Assembly: GCA_028289135.1 (NCBI GenBank)
Contig: JAQGGW010000008.1
Location: 98,385 to 162,384 of the forward strand
Source: Candidatus Saccharimonadota bacterium
Lineage (GTDB): Bacteria; Patescibacteriota; Saccharimonadia; Saccharimonadales; JACDBH01
Length of the DNA: 64,000 nucleotides
Direction: 5' to 3'
The translations under genes were made by a program, and so were the position numbers. This document shows, piece by piece, positions 13,288-22,027 of this stretch. Under the pieces are notes generated by a model. It had not been told where the DNA came from, did no database searches, and saw only the letters and a list, made by a program, of their open reading frames with translations. Position 1 is the first letter of the stretch. Each line of letters opens with the position of its first letter.

Positions 13288-14646
13288 ATGAGTTCAGTCA
13301 GAAGCCTCATTAAGAAGGTCGTTCCATCCAAGTTATTCCGTGATATTGAGCCATATGGGCACTTGCTTGAGGCCATGGCCGAAGAAGCGGCCGCCGGTTT
13401 TCCGGCCAAAAATATGAAAGTGATCGGCGTAACAGGGACGGACGGCAAAACCAGCACGTGCACGCTTATTAGCGCCATGCTGCGGAACGCGGGCTACAAA
13501 GTGGCTATGATGACGACAATTTCTATCGATTACGGCGACGGCGTTTTGCACGACAATCCAACCCGTCTTACTTCTTTGGGTTCGGCCCAGCTTATCAAGC
13601 GTTTAAAGCAAATTAAGGCCAAAAACCCCGATTGGCTGGTGCTTGAAACAACTTCTCACGCTCTTGCTCAGCACCGTGTCTGGGGCGTGCCATACAGCAT
13701 TGGTGTTATGACAAACGTCGGGCACGAACATCTGGATTACCACCGGACGTTTGAGCGCTACCGTGACGCCAAAAAGATGCTTTTTAAGCACGTGAATTCC
13801 AACAAAAAGGGCCTGCGGGTTGGGATCGCTAATGCCGATGATCCAAGCGGTGCTTTGTTTGCGGCTGCCGTAAAAAACCCGGTTTTATATGGGGTGGATA
13901 AGGGTGATCTTAAGGCTATAGATATTAAACCAACTCCAAGCGGGTCAACTTACATAGCAACTATTGGTAGCGAAACGTTCAACATTACTTGCCATCTGCC
14001 AGGGTCATTTAATGTCTATAACTCCTTGGCTTGCGTGGCCGTAGGGCGGGCAATTGGCCTCAGTAAAGAGCAAATAGAGCAGGGGATAGCGAGCCTAAAC
14101 AGCGTAGAAGGCCGCATGACACGCGTTGACGAAGGCCAGGATTTTGACGTTATTGTCGACTACGCCCACACGCCCGAAAGCTTCGAAAAAGTTATTAAAG
14201 AAGTCCGCCCACTGGTAAAGGGCCGGATTATCACGGTGTTTGGATCAGCTGGCCGCAGGGACATCGAAAAGCGCGCCGCCCAAGGCGAAGTTGCCGGCCG
14301 TTTAGGCGATATTGTTATTCCAACAGAGGAAGATGACCGTGATATTGATGGCAATGAAATCCTGGAACAAATAGCCAGCGGAGCTGAAAAAGCCGGCAAG
14401 GTAAAAGGTAAAGACTTATTTTTGATTCTAAAGCGTGAAGAAGCGATTGAAAAGGCGGTTAGCCTCGCCCAAAAGGGCGATATGATCCTGCTGCTAGGCA
14501 AAGGCCACGAAAAATCTATCTTATATAACGGGCCAAAAGCTACTGAATACCGCAGCCGTCCGCAAGACGACACTGACCCTGAGCGGGTGCTAAAACGTGA
14601 CTATGATGAAGTATCTTCCGTAAGCGCGATTCTAAAGAAAAAATAG
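13288..14646 (+). CDS. murE: Mur ligase, MurE-like (UDP-MurNAc-L-Ala-D-Glu:diamino-acid ligase) with short N-terminal domain
   Basis: P-loop VIGVTGTDGKTST. MurE-type VDYAHTPESFEKV. C-terminal GSAGRRDIEKR. The P-loop begins near residue 45, so domain 1 is shortened. Confidence 0.8.
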   Translation: MSSVRSLIKKVVPSKLFRDIEPYGHLLEAMAEEAAAGFPAKNMKVIGVTGTDGKTSTCTLISAMLRNAGYKVAMMTTISIDYGDGVLHDNPTRLTSLGSAQLIKRLKQIKAKNPDWLVLETTSHALAQHRVWGVPYSIGVMTNVGHEHLDYHRTFERYRDAKKMLFKHVNSNKKGLRVGIANADDPSGALFAAAVKNPVLYGVDKGDLKAIDIKPTPSGSTYIATIGSETFNITCHLPGSFNVYNSLACVAVGRAIGLSKEQIEQGIASLNSVEGRMTRVDEGQDFDVIVDYAHTPESFEKVIKEVRPLVKGRIITVFGSAGRRDIEKRAAQGEVAGRLGDIVIPTEEDDRDIDGNEILEQIASGAEKAGKVKGKDLFLILKREEAIEKAVSLAQKGDMILLLGKGHEKSILYNGPKATEYRSRPQDDTDPERVLKRDYDEVSSVSAILKKK

Positions 14647-14690
14647 TTATCCACCGTTCTCAGCTCGACAGATTGACAAGCCATAAGCTT
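14590..14690 (+). repeat. copy 1 of a 101-nt duplicated segment (murE 3' end + promoter box)
   Basis: Aligns without gaps to 15949-16049, with 19 mismatches by my manual count. The last 46 nt have 2 mismatches. Contains TTGACA at 14673-14678. Confidence 0.85.
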
Positions 14691-14745
14691 TTAACGTAGT
14701 GTGGCCTTATAAAGTAATTAAAAAATAACAGATTAGGATAAAACT

Positions 14746-15939
14746 ATGGACGAATCAAAAGGAACCTCATATTCAGTACCTGGCTCAGTGTCTGCAAGCC
14801 ACTTCTTCACGCTAATGCGTGCGGATGGCGACCCTGCTGTCTATATGCTCAACAACCGCGGCGAGCGGTTTCACGTAACCGAAGCTTTAAGTAACGAAAT
14901 GAAGGCTGGCGGCACTTGGTATGACCCAACACCCACAACTGCAGCCGACCTAAATTCACACCCACTCCGCTATGAAGTCAATACGCTGCATAATGTTGAA
15001 AGTATAAATAACCTGCCAATCGCGGCCAATTATATGCTTATTCGAGGTAATGGCGGTCCGTTGGATAACAATACTTTAATTGGCAATGGAAACGCAGTCT
15101 ATGCGGTTGATACGAATGGCAATAAATTTCACGTTACAGAATCTGCCTTCAACGAATTAACAAATGAAAACGGCGGTACACCGCCTGCTGTGGGCATTAT
15201 TGATCAAAGTTCAGTTGACTCAACACCAGTTAGCGGCGCATTAGCTGTTAACCCAGCTGGCGGTGTTCAAACAACAACCGACCAGATTATGGACCAGGCT
15301 CTCGCTTCGGCTATGAATGTTTTGGGTGGCGGTTCAAGCCAGCCTGCATCTGGCGCAACCACTACAGCCACGGGTTATGGCGTTACCTACTCTGTCCCTG
15401 GGCCAACTTCTCCGGACTACGACAGCGACACGTACTCAGTCCCAGGCGGACCAGTATATGACGACTCATATTCAGTTCCTGGAGGACCAGTATATGATGA
15501 CTCGTATTCCGTCCCAACACCATCAGGCTCATATTCTGTCCCAGACCCTAACGACCAAACCACATTGCCAACCACCACACAGGTTGCAGCCGACCCCAGC
15601 AACCCAGACCCAGGAAGCGTCGTCTATACGGACGGACCGTTTGCAGGCTACACCGTAGACCAAGTTAAAGCCTTTACAGACGGCGTTAATGCTGGAGGAA
15701 GCTTTAGCGATAGCGGGCAAGCTGCCGCGGCTTCTGCTAGCGCCGCTCCAACCGCTTCGGCAGTACCAGACCCCGGAAGCGTTGTTTATACAGATGGTCC
15801 GTTTGCAGGCTATACCGTAGACCAAGTCAAAGCCTTTTCTGACGGCGTAAACGCTGGCGGTAGCTTTATCAGCGGTGACTCTTCCTCTGGCATCCCAGCT
15901 GGTGCTCCTCCGATGCCAGGCTACACTAACCCTCAATAA
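14746..15939 (+). CDS. repeat-containing protein of unknown function, paralog A (no signal peptide)
   Basis: AGGAT RBS. Shares a module of about 200 aa (SHFFTLMRADGDPAVYMLNNRGERFHVT...) with paralog B. Has YSVPG repeats and two copies of DPGSVVYTDGPFAGYTVDQVKAF.DGVNAGGSF. Ends PPMPGYTNPQ. Confidence 0.75.
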   Translation: MDESKGTSYSVPGSVSASHFFTLMRADGDPAVYMLNNRGERFHVTEALSNEMKAGGTWYDPTPTTAADLNSHPLRYEVNTLHNVESINNLPIAANYMLIRGNGGPLDNNTLIGNGNAVYAVDTNGNKFHVTESAFNELTNENGGTPPAVGIIDQSSVDSTPVSGALAVNPAGGVQTTTDQIMDQALASAMNVLGGGSSQPASGATTTATGYGVTYSVPGPTSPDYDSDTYSVPGGPVYDDSYSVPGGPVYDDSYSVPTPSGSYSVPDPNDQTTLPTTTQVAADPSNPDPGSVVYTDGPFAGYTVDQVKAFTDGVNAGGSFSDSGQAAAASASAAPTASAVPDPGSVVYTDGPFAGYTVDQVKAFSDGVNAGGSFISGDSSSGIPAGAPPMPGYTNPQ

Positions 15940-15945
15940 ACATTA

Positions 15946-16002
15946 GCCCTAAAGCGTGACTATGACGAAATTAAAGCCATCAAAGCAGTTCTAAAGAAGT
16001 AA
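15946..16002 (+). pseudogene. relic of the murE C-terminus carried by the duplication
   Basis: Reads ALKRDYDEIKAIKAVLKK-stop, compared with the MurE C-terminus VLKRDYDEVSSVSAILKKK-stop. No upstream coding context. Confidence 0.6.
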
Positions 16003-16049
16003 AAGTTATCCACCGTTCTCAGCTTCACAGATTGACAAGCCATAAGCTT
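15949..16049 (+). repeat. copy 2 of the 101-nt duplicated segment
   Basis: See 14590-14690. Contains TTGACA at 16032-16037, followed by TACTGT 17 nt later. Confidence 0.85.
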
Positions 16050-16108
16050 ATTGCTACTGTTGCCTTATAGCAAATAAAAACAAAAATTAAAAAGTTAGGA
16101 ATAGAAAT

Positions 16109-18103
16109 ATGGCACTTTACCCTCTCTCATACGTAAAAAAAGAGATAGCTTCTATGCTCCAGCAAATCGGGCCACAAATTACGGACGATGTAGAAGGCAA
16201 AGACTATCCAAATGGCCTTGGCTCTCCTCAGGAGAGAAGTAATTATACGCAGTCGATGATAAAAAGGGTTAACTCTGCTACATCGGTATCGCAATTGGTC
16301 GGATTCATAAATGGGTTCAATACCGGCGATAAAAAACAGTTGATTGCACTGGCACAAAGTAAAGATACCTGGGCGGATCAGTTTAGTGGAAAGCCAATAA
16401 TCCCATTACCAGCAACTACACTTGCTCCAGCTTCGCAAACTCGTGATGAACATTCAGTTTTTAGTGGATCACCAGCTTCCGCAGCAAGCACTACACCATC
16501 AAACCAGAGTAATGGAGTCACTAGTAATATACCTACACAACCAGACCCTGGACGAATAGCGACTAAAGTTGCGGACTCTATTAACTGGCATGGGCTGTTT
16601 GGTGCATACCAAGATGAATCCCCGCAAGTTATGATGGACCAGTTGTGGAGTAATTATCAGGAATCTGCTAAAGGGGATTTCAGTGGTGCGGAAAGGCAAG
16701 GCTTCCGAGACAGTATTAACGAATTTGTAACTAAACTTAAGAGCAAAGGTATAACTGTAACGCACCCACCTTTCGCAGGGTTTGATACCGGCAAAGACCA
16801 TGACCAGCCCGTCTGGAGTCCAGCTGGCACTACGTCGACACCGGTACCATCTACAAATGACCGTGATCACGATCAAGTCACGTGGTCGGGTTCTGGTGCT
16901 GCTACACCCGCAGCTAACCCGGATAGTAACCCCGATGGAATTGGGAATACCCCGGGCGGTTCCCTTACAGTAGAGCCTCCAGCAACTTCACCAGAAATTG
17001 CTGCGGCAATCGATGAAGCAAATAAGCAGTTAGCAGCTGCTGGAATTACCGCGACTATTACGGATCCTACCTCTGTTCAAAATGTCCGTGACCAGTTATT
17101 CCTACAAATTACGGCAGCTAAAAACGCGGGCGGTACGGCAGACTATGCTGGCGCGCTGAGCAACTGGGATAGTGCTTTGTACTCAAAAGGAATTAGCTTT
17201 GTCCAAAACCATAAAATCAAAAATCCAAAGCCTCCCGTCATTGCCCCGCCCGTCACAACCGTAGATACGGCGACGGCCGCCGCGGCTGGTGCTGCCGCAA
17301 CTCCAGCCGTAACACCATCCGCCTCCGCCCCTGCCAGCCACTTCTTCACCCTCATGCAGGCAGACGGTGACCCAGCTGTATATATGCTTAACAACCGCGG
17401 TGAACGGTTCCATGTTACTCCCAACCTAAAAAACGAAATGATTGCTGGCGGTACATGGTACGATCCACCGCTAACAACTGCAGCCGACCTAAATTCACAC
17501 CCACTCCGCTATGAAGTTAATACGCTTCATAATGTTGAGAGTATTAACAATCCACCAATTGCTGGAAATTTCATGCTAATTAGAGGCTCAGGCGGCGCCG
17601 AAACCGATAACAGTAAGCTTATTGGCAACAGCAATGCTGTCTATGCAGTTGATACTAACGGCAAGAAGTTCCATGTTACAGAATCGGCATATAATGAACT
17701 AGTAAATGAAAGCGGCGGTACGCCGCCGGCTGTTGGCATTGTTGATCAAAGTTCGGTTGATGCCACACCAGTTAGCGGCGCGCTTGCTGTTAACCCTGCT
17801 GGCGGAGTTCAAACAACAACCGACCAGATTATGGACCAGGCTCTTGCTTCGGCTATGAATGTCTTAGGCGGCAGTCCAAGTACAGATAGTGGACAAGCTG
17901 CTGCTAGCGCCGCACCTGCCGCTGCAGCTGTACCCGACCCAGGAAGCGTCGTCTATACAGACGGTCCATTTGCAGGCTACACCGTAGACCAAGTTAAAAC
18001 CTTTAGCGCCGGAGTAAATGCTGGCGGAAGCTTTAGTAGCGGTGACTCCTCTGGAATTCCAGCTGGTGTTCCACCAATGCCAGGCTATACCAATCCTCAG
18101 TAA
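16109..18103 (+). CDS. repeat-containing protein of unknown function, paralog B (no signal peptide)
   Basis: Unique N-terminus of about 390 aa rich in Ser/Thr/Pro/Ala. Then the shared SHFFTLMQADGDP... module and one DPGSVVYTDGPFAGYTVDQVKTF copy. Ends PPMPGYTNPQ, as in paralog A. Confidence 0.75.
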   Translation: MALYPLSYVKKEIASMLQQIGPQITDDVEGKDYPNGLGSPQERSNYTQSMIKRVNSATSVSQLVGFINGFNTGDKKQLIALAQSKDTWADQFSGKPIIPLPATTLAPASQTRDEHSVFSGSPASAASTTPSNQSNGVTSNIPTQPDPGRIATKVADSINWHGLFGAYQDESPQVMMDQLWSNYQESAKGDFSGAERQGFRDSINEFVTKLKSKGITVTHPPFAGFDTGKDHDQPVWSPAGTTSTPVPSTNDRDHDQVTWSGSGAATPAANPDSNPDGIGNTPGGSLTVEPPATSPEIAAAIDEANKQLAAAGITATITDPTSVQNVRDQLFLQITAAKNAGGTADYAGALSNWDSALYSKGISFVQNHKIKNPKPPVIAPPVTTVDTATAAAAGAAATPAVTPSASAPASHFFTLMQADGDPAVYMLNNRGERFHVTPNLKNEMIAGGTWYDPPLTTAADLNSHPLRYEVNTLHNVESINNPPIAGNFMLIRGSGGAETDNSKLIGNSNAVYAVDTNGKKFHVTESAYNELVNESGGTPPAVGIVDQSSVDATPVSGALAVNPAGGVQTTTDQIMDQALASAMNVLGGSPSTDSGQAAASAAPAAAAVPDPGSVVYTDGPFAGYTVDQVKTFSAGVNAGGSFSSGDSSGIPAGVPPMPGYTNPQ

Positions 18104-18109
18104 AAATTT

Positions 18110-18982
18110 CTAATCCGCAAATAAACGCCGGCAGGTTTCTTGGAAGTAGCTTAAGAATTTTATATATTCATGGCTTCCGTTGTATTCGTATGCTACAAAT
18201 TCTAGCGCCAGATTGCCTTTAAGGCCTTGCAGGTGCGCTTTTGCAAAAAGTTTTACAAGAATATCAAAGCCTTGTTTGGCGCTTTCTTTATCGGACAGCG
18301 GCTGCCTGCTTCTTACCTGCATAATGCCCGTGCTTACGCCTCTCTTGGGGTGGGATGATATATAACGCCGCTCTGCCCAGCGGACAGCGCGCGGCCGTGC
18401 GACATCCTCTACGACCATAAAACTCAGCAACAGAGGCCGTAGGGCCGTAGGGTAGTTAGTGAATAGCTTCTCGTAGGTGGCTTTTAATCTTTTAGCTCGT
18501 TTTTCTGCCCAGGACACATAATGTTTATCGTACTTTCTAGTTCGGTATTTCTCCGCAAACAACAACAGTGAAAGTCCAAACACAACTACAAAAACGCGTA
18601 AGGGCAGGGCAAGAAACGGTGCGTAACAGGGCAACACAATTCCTGCCAGGAAAGTTTTAATAATCAGCTCCGACCGTTCCATTACGAACATCATAAACAC
18701 ATAGCAAAGATAAAGGGTTGTTACAGTAGCCGCAAACAAAACCAAATAAGAGCTAGGAACTTTAGCGCCAAGCAAAAGATTGTATGCAGCCAAAGCAATT
18801 ACTACGGTATTAGCAGAGGTCAGCCGGTCTTTAAATGGGAAAAAGTCAGTCACTTTTCCTGGCTCTAAATGGTGTTTTTTAAGGAGTATAAACGAACACA
18901 GGGTTGCTATAATCAATCCTGTAATAACGCCCAGTCCAATCAAGAATATAAGGTGGTCCAAGTACCTATGAGTATACTTCAA
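18110..18982 (-). CDS. multi-pass membrane protein with a C-terminal lytic-transglycosylase-like region (tentative)
   Basis: About 5 TM helices, then VVEDVARP...GIMQVRS...AYEYNGS, which resembles the SLT motifs E-S / GLMQ / AYNxG. Start is a TTG (18982 or 18961) and is uncertain. Confidence 0.45.
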   Translation of the reverse strand: MKYTHRYLDHLIFLIGLGVITGLIIATLCSFILLKKHHLEPGKVTDFFPFKDRLTSANTVVIALAAYNLLLGAKVPSSYLVLFAATVTTLYLCYVFMMFVMERSELIIKTFLAGIVLPCYAPFLALPLRVFVVVFGLSLLLFAEKYRTRKYDKHYVSWAEKRAKRLKATYEKLFTNYPTALRPLLLSFMVVEDVARPRAVRWAERRYISSHPKRGVSTGIMQVRSRQPLSDKESAKQGFDILVKLFAKAHLQGLKGNLALEFVAYEYNGSHEYIKFLSYFQETCRRLFAD

Positions 18983-19795
18983 CCAAAGCTTAAGAGTAAT
19001 AAAATTACTGGCTCTGACGTGCTCTTAAATAACTGGGACGTCGGCTACAAAGTAACGGACGAATCGGGCAAGCTTATCCGCTCCAAAAATCCGCATAAGA
19101 GCTACGAAAGCTCAAGCACGCTTAAGACTGCCCTAATGCATCTGTTCTTGAATAAAGTCAGCCAAAATGAGCTTGGTCTAGACCACGTATTCAGCATTAA
19201 AGACAGCCAGCGCTCAAACGGCTCGGGGATTGTTAACTGGACAGACTGGAACTCCTTGCCGTTGCATGCCGTGATTGAGCTAACGTGCGTTTATAGCGAC
19301 TGCACCACAACCAATATGATAATCGACTACCTTGGCGGCCAACAGATGGTTAACGAGCTTTTTAAGAATAGTGGCTATAAATATACCAAGCTAAACCAAC
19401 CGAGCCTGATGTTTGACGAATCAAAGCCCCGGATGGAAAGCGTTGGCACAACCACTCCGGATGAAGCTTCAAAGTGGTTACGTATGCTGCTTGAAGATTT
19501 TTCGATTAGTCCTGAAATTAAACAGCACTTTATAACCAGTACCCAGTCAATCCATACGCCATGGCTGGATTTGGGCGCGGAACACCACCCTCTTATTAAA
19601 ACTGGGTCGATGATAGACATTGGGCCGGCAGGCACCAGTGTTTTTAACGCCAACGGTCGCGTAAGCACAGGCAAGGGGTTATTATTCTTTGCCTTCTTTT
19701 CCAGGGGCGATTTAAGGGGCCAAGCAGTCTATGCACCCGAGGAAGCCAAGCGCCTTATCTCCAAATATATCCAAGATACCGTATTAAAAATCTAG
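18968..19795 (+). CDS. class A beta-lactamase-like serine hydrolase (no signal peptide)
   Basis: Start moved to the ATG at 18968. Contains SxxK (SSTLK), an SDN-like motif (YSDC) and KTG (IKTGS). Confidence 0.6.
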   Translation: MSILQPKLKSNKITGSDVLLNNWDVGYKVTDESGKLIRSKNPHKSYESSSTLKTALMHLFLNKVSQNELGLDHVFSIKDSQRSNGSGIVNWTDWNSLPLHAVIELTCVYSDCTTTNMIIDYLGGQQMVNELFKNSGYKYTKLNQPSLMFDESKPRMESVGTTTPDEASKWLRMLLEDFSISPEIKQHFITSTQSIHTPWLDLGAEHHPLIKTGSMIDIGPAGTSVFNANGRVSTGKGLLFFAFFSRGDLRGQAVYAPEEAKRLISKYIQDTVLKI

Positions 19796-19801
19796 CGCAC
19801 C

Positions 19802-21892
19802 TTAGTGCAGCCGTATCTCGACTTCGCCGTCTTCGTTCACAATCGGAACATTAAGAGTTGAGACGGGCATATTGATGGGTTTTGCCTGGGCTTCTTCTTG
19901 CTTATGGGCTGCCAAATAAGTCATAAACTTATCCATGGCCAAGCGGTCGACGTTTAATTTGTCTAGCTCCATGTCTTTTTTGGCCTTTTCCTGGTCGATT
20001 CCTTCAAGCACGCCCAGGTAGTAGTCCAGGCCGCCAAGTTCTTTGACGTCTTTTAGCGTACCGCTGTCGAGCACATAAATTGTATCCATAAGGCTCAAAA
20101 GGGCTTTACGGTGGGTTACCATGACGGTTGTCTTGCCCTGGATCATTTTGCTAAGTGAGTCGCGTATATAGTTCTCGCTTTTTACGTCCAGAGCCGCTGT
20201 GGGCTCGTCTAAGCAAAGTATTGGCGCGTTCTTGATAAGTGAGCGGGCAATGGCAATACGTTGCTTCTGGCCGCCGCTGAGGCTAGAGCCGTTCTCGCCA
20301 GCGGGTGATGTTATGCCAAGGGGCAGTTTAAGGGCAAACTCTGCGACGTTTGAGACAAAAACGGCATTAGAGATCTCTTCGTTCGAAATTGACCGGTATG
20401 GGTCGCCGTCTAGTAGGTTGTCCAAAATTGTGCCGCTAAACAGCTGCGGGTTCTGGCTGACCCAGGCAATCCGCTGCCGCAACTCTTTTAGTGACACCGA
20501 TTGGATGTCGATGCCGTCCATCAAAATCCGGCCGCTGGCAGGCTCAATAAACAGGGCAATAAGCTTTAAAATAGTACTTTTGCCGGCGCCGCTCGGCCCG
20601 ATGATGCCAATCTTTTCACCTTGGTTAATGTGCAGGTTTAAGTTTTGGAAAATAACCTGGTGGTTGTACGAATAAGAAACGTTCTGGAAGTCCAAGATAC
20701 CGCGGATGGTTGGCGGAATGTGGTTGTCTTTGCGCAAATCCTCTACTCCTTCATGGTCGCTCAAAACTTCGTAGATTCGGTTAACATCTATCAGCTTTTG
20801 GTTGCGTGAGGTAATCTGTTTTACCAGGTTTTCGATCGGCCCAAGCAAATAGCCCATGTAGGTCATAAATATCAACAGCTGCCCAAAGGTCATCTTGCCC
20901 TGCAGCGCAGCGGTGCCGCCAAAGTACATCACCGTCGATGTCGCCAAAATAGTCAAAAATCCATTGGTATTACTAAGCAGGTTGCCCCAAAGCATGCTTC
21001 TTTTTGTTAAAAAATAGCCTCTTTGCCACAGCTTGTCGACGTTTGCCAGCTGCTTGTCCTCAAGGGTATAGGCCTGGACGGTCTCGGCGTTGTCGATCGA
21101 CTCGTTAATGCGCGATGACGTCTCAGAAGCGACTTCTGTCAGCGCCCGTGAATATTTGCCCATTTTAGGCCCAAAAATACGCATTGTCAGGTACAGCAGC
21201 GGCATCAGCACAACAGAGACAAGAGTCAGTTTTGGGTTAAATTTAAGCATAATAATCAGCACCCCGATAATCATCAAAATTGAGCCGATTATCGAGGAAG
21301 TCGTCCCAAGTACCAGGTCCGAAAGGCTGTTCGTGACGACGTTTTGCCGGTAAACATAGTCGCCCTTGGCCAGCCGCTCCTGGTGGAACAGCGGCAGGTG
21401 CAAAATGTGCCGGAGCGACTCAATCTTAATACTGCGGTTTAGCCAAAAGCCCACTTTAAGGAGTAAAAACGAGCTAAAAAAGTCAAAAGTCGAGCCAATA
21501 ATAAACAGCCCAATCGTCATAAGGGAAGTAAGGAGGATCAGGGTAGGGGTGTGCGTATAAGGGGCAAGCGGACCCGGGGCGGGGATCCTGCCAAAAGCGG
21601 AGTCGGCCAAGATCTTAGTCGGCCACGGCTTCATAAGCGCAACGCCGGCTTGGATGGTACCAATAAACACCACCAGCACAACTGCGCCGCGGGCTTTTTT
21701 GCGGTAGCGGGCAACCCAGTCCTTAAAAGCGGTGGTTTTGGTTTGGCGGCCGTAGGTCTTTAGCCAGGCTTCAAGCGCCTGCCTGACAAGTTCGGGCGGC
21801 CACCCCTGGCGCACCAATGCGTCGCCAATTAAATTAACAGGTACGCCGTTCGCTACTGCCTGTTCAATAGCGTCGTACAGTTTAGGCATCAT
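19802..21892 (-). CDS. ABC exporter, fused permease/ATPase (MsbA-like) with N- and C-terminal extensions
   Basis: 6-TM domain. Walker A GPSGAGKST, signature LSGGQKQRIAIARSL, Walker B ILCLDEPTAALD. About 90 extra C-terminal residues. Confidence 0.88.
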   Translation of the reverse strand: MMPKLYDAIEQAVANGVPVNLIGDALVRQGWPPELVRQALEAWLKTYGRQTKTTAFKDWVARYRKKARGAVVLVVFIGTIQAGVALMKPWPTKILADSAFGRIPAPGPLAPYTHTPTLILLTSLMTIGLFIIGSTFDFFSSFLLLKVGFWLNRSIKIESLRHILHLPLFHQERLAKGDYVYRQNVVTNSLSDLVLGTTSSIIGSILMIIGVLIIMLKFNPKLTLVSVVLMPLLYLTMRIFGPKMGKYSRALTEVASETSSRINESIDNAETVQAYTLEDKQLANVDKLWQRGYFLTKRSMLWGNLLSNTNGFLTILATSTVMYFGGTAALQGKMTFGQLLIFMTYMGYLLGPIENLVKQITSRNQKLIDVNRIYEVLSDHEGVEDLRKDNHIPPTIRGILDFQNVSYSYNHQVIFQNLNLHINQGEKIGIIGPSGAGKSTILKLIALFIEPASGRILMDGIDIQSVSLKELRQRIAWVSQNPQLFSGTILDNLLDGDPYRSISNEEISNAVFVSNVAEFALKLPLGITSPAGENGSSLSGGQKQRIAIARSLIKNAPILCLDEPTAALDVKSENYIRDSLSKMIQGKTTVMVTHRKALLSLMDTIYVLDSGTLKDVKELGGLDYYLGVLEGIDQEKAKKDMELDKLNVDRLAMDKFMTYLAAHKQEEAQAKPINMPVSTLNVPIVNEDGEVEIRLH

Positions 21893-22027
21893 AACGTTAT
21901 TTTTTCCCTCTTTCTATGTCTATGCTTAAGCTTAACAGAGGCTAATTGTTATCGCAAAAGACAGATTTTGAGAGAACGGTACCAATGCCGAAACGTTTAG
22001 AGCGCTTGGGTGACACAAGTATCGAAC

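Noticed and set aside
14160-15936. Antisense or alternative-frame ORFs 14160-14573(-), 15317-15658(+), 15417-15602(-) and 15529-15936(-).
   Set aside because: They overlap murE or paralog A, whose frames are supported by motifs and by conservation with paralog B. Repeat DNA keeps several frames open by chance.
18961-18982. Apparent 15-nt head-to-head overlap of the divergent genes 18110-18982(-) and 18968-19795(+).
   Set aside because: The minus-strand start at 18982 is a TTG with no RBS. An in-frame TTG at 18961 removes the overlap, so the overlap depends on an unverified start call.
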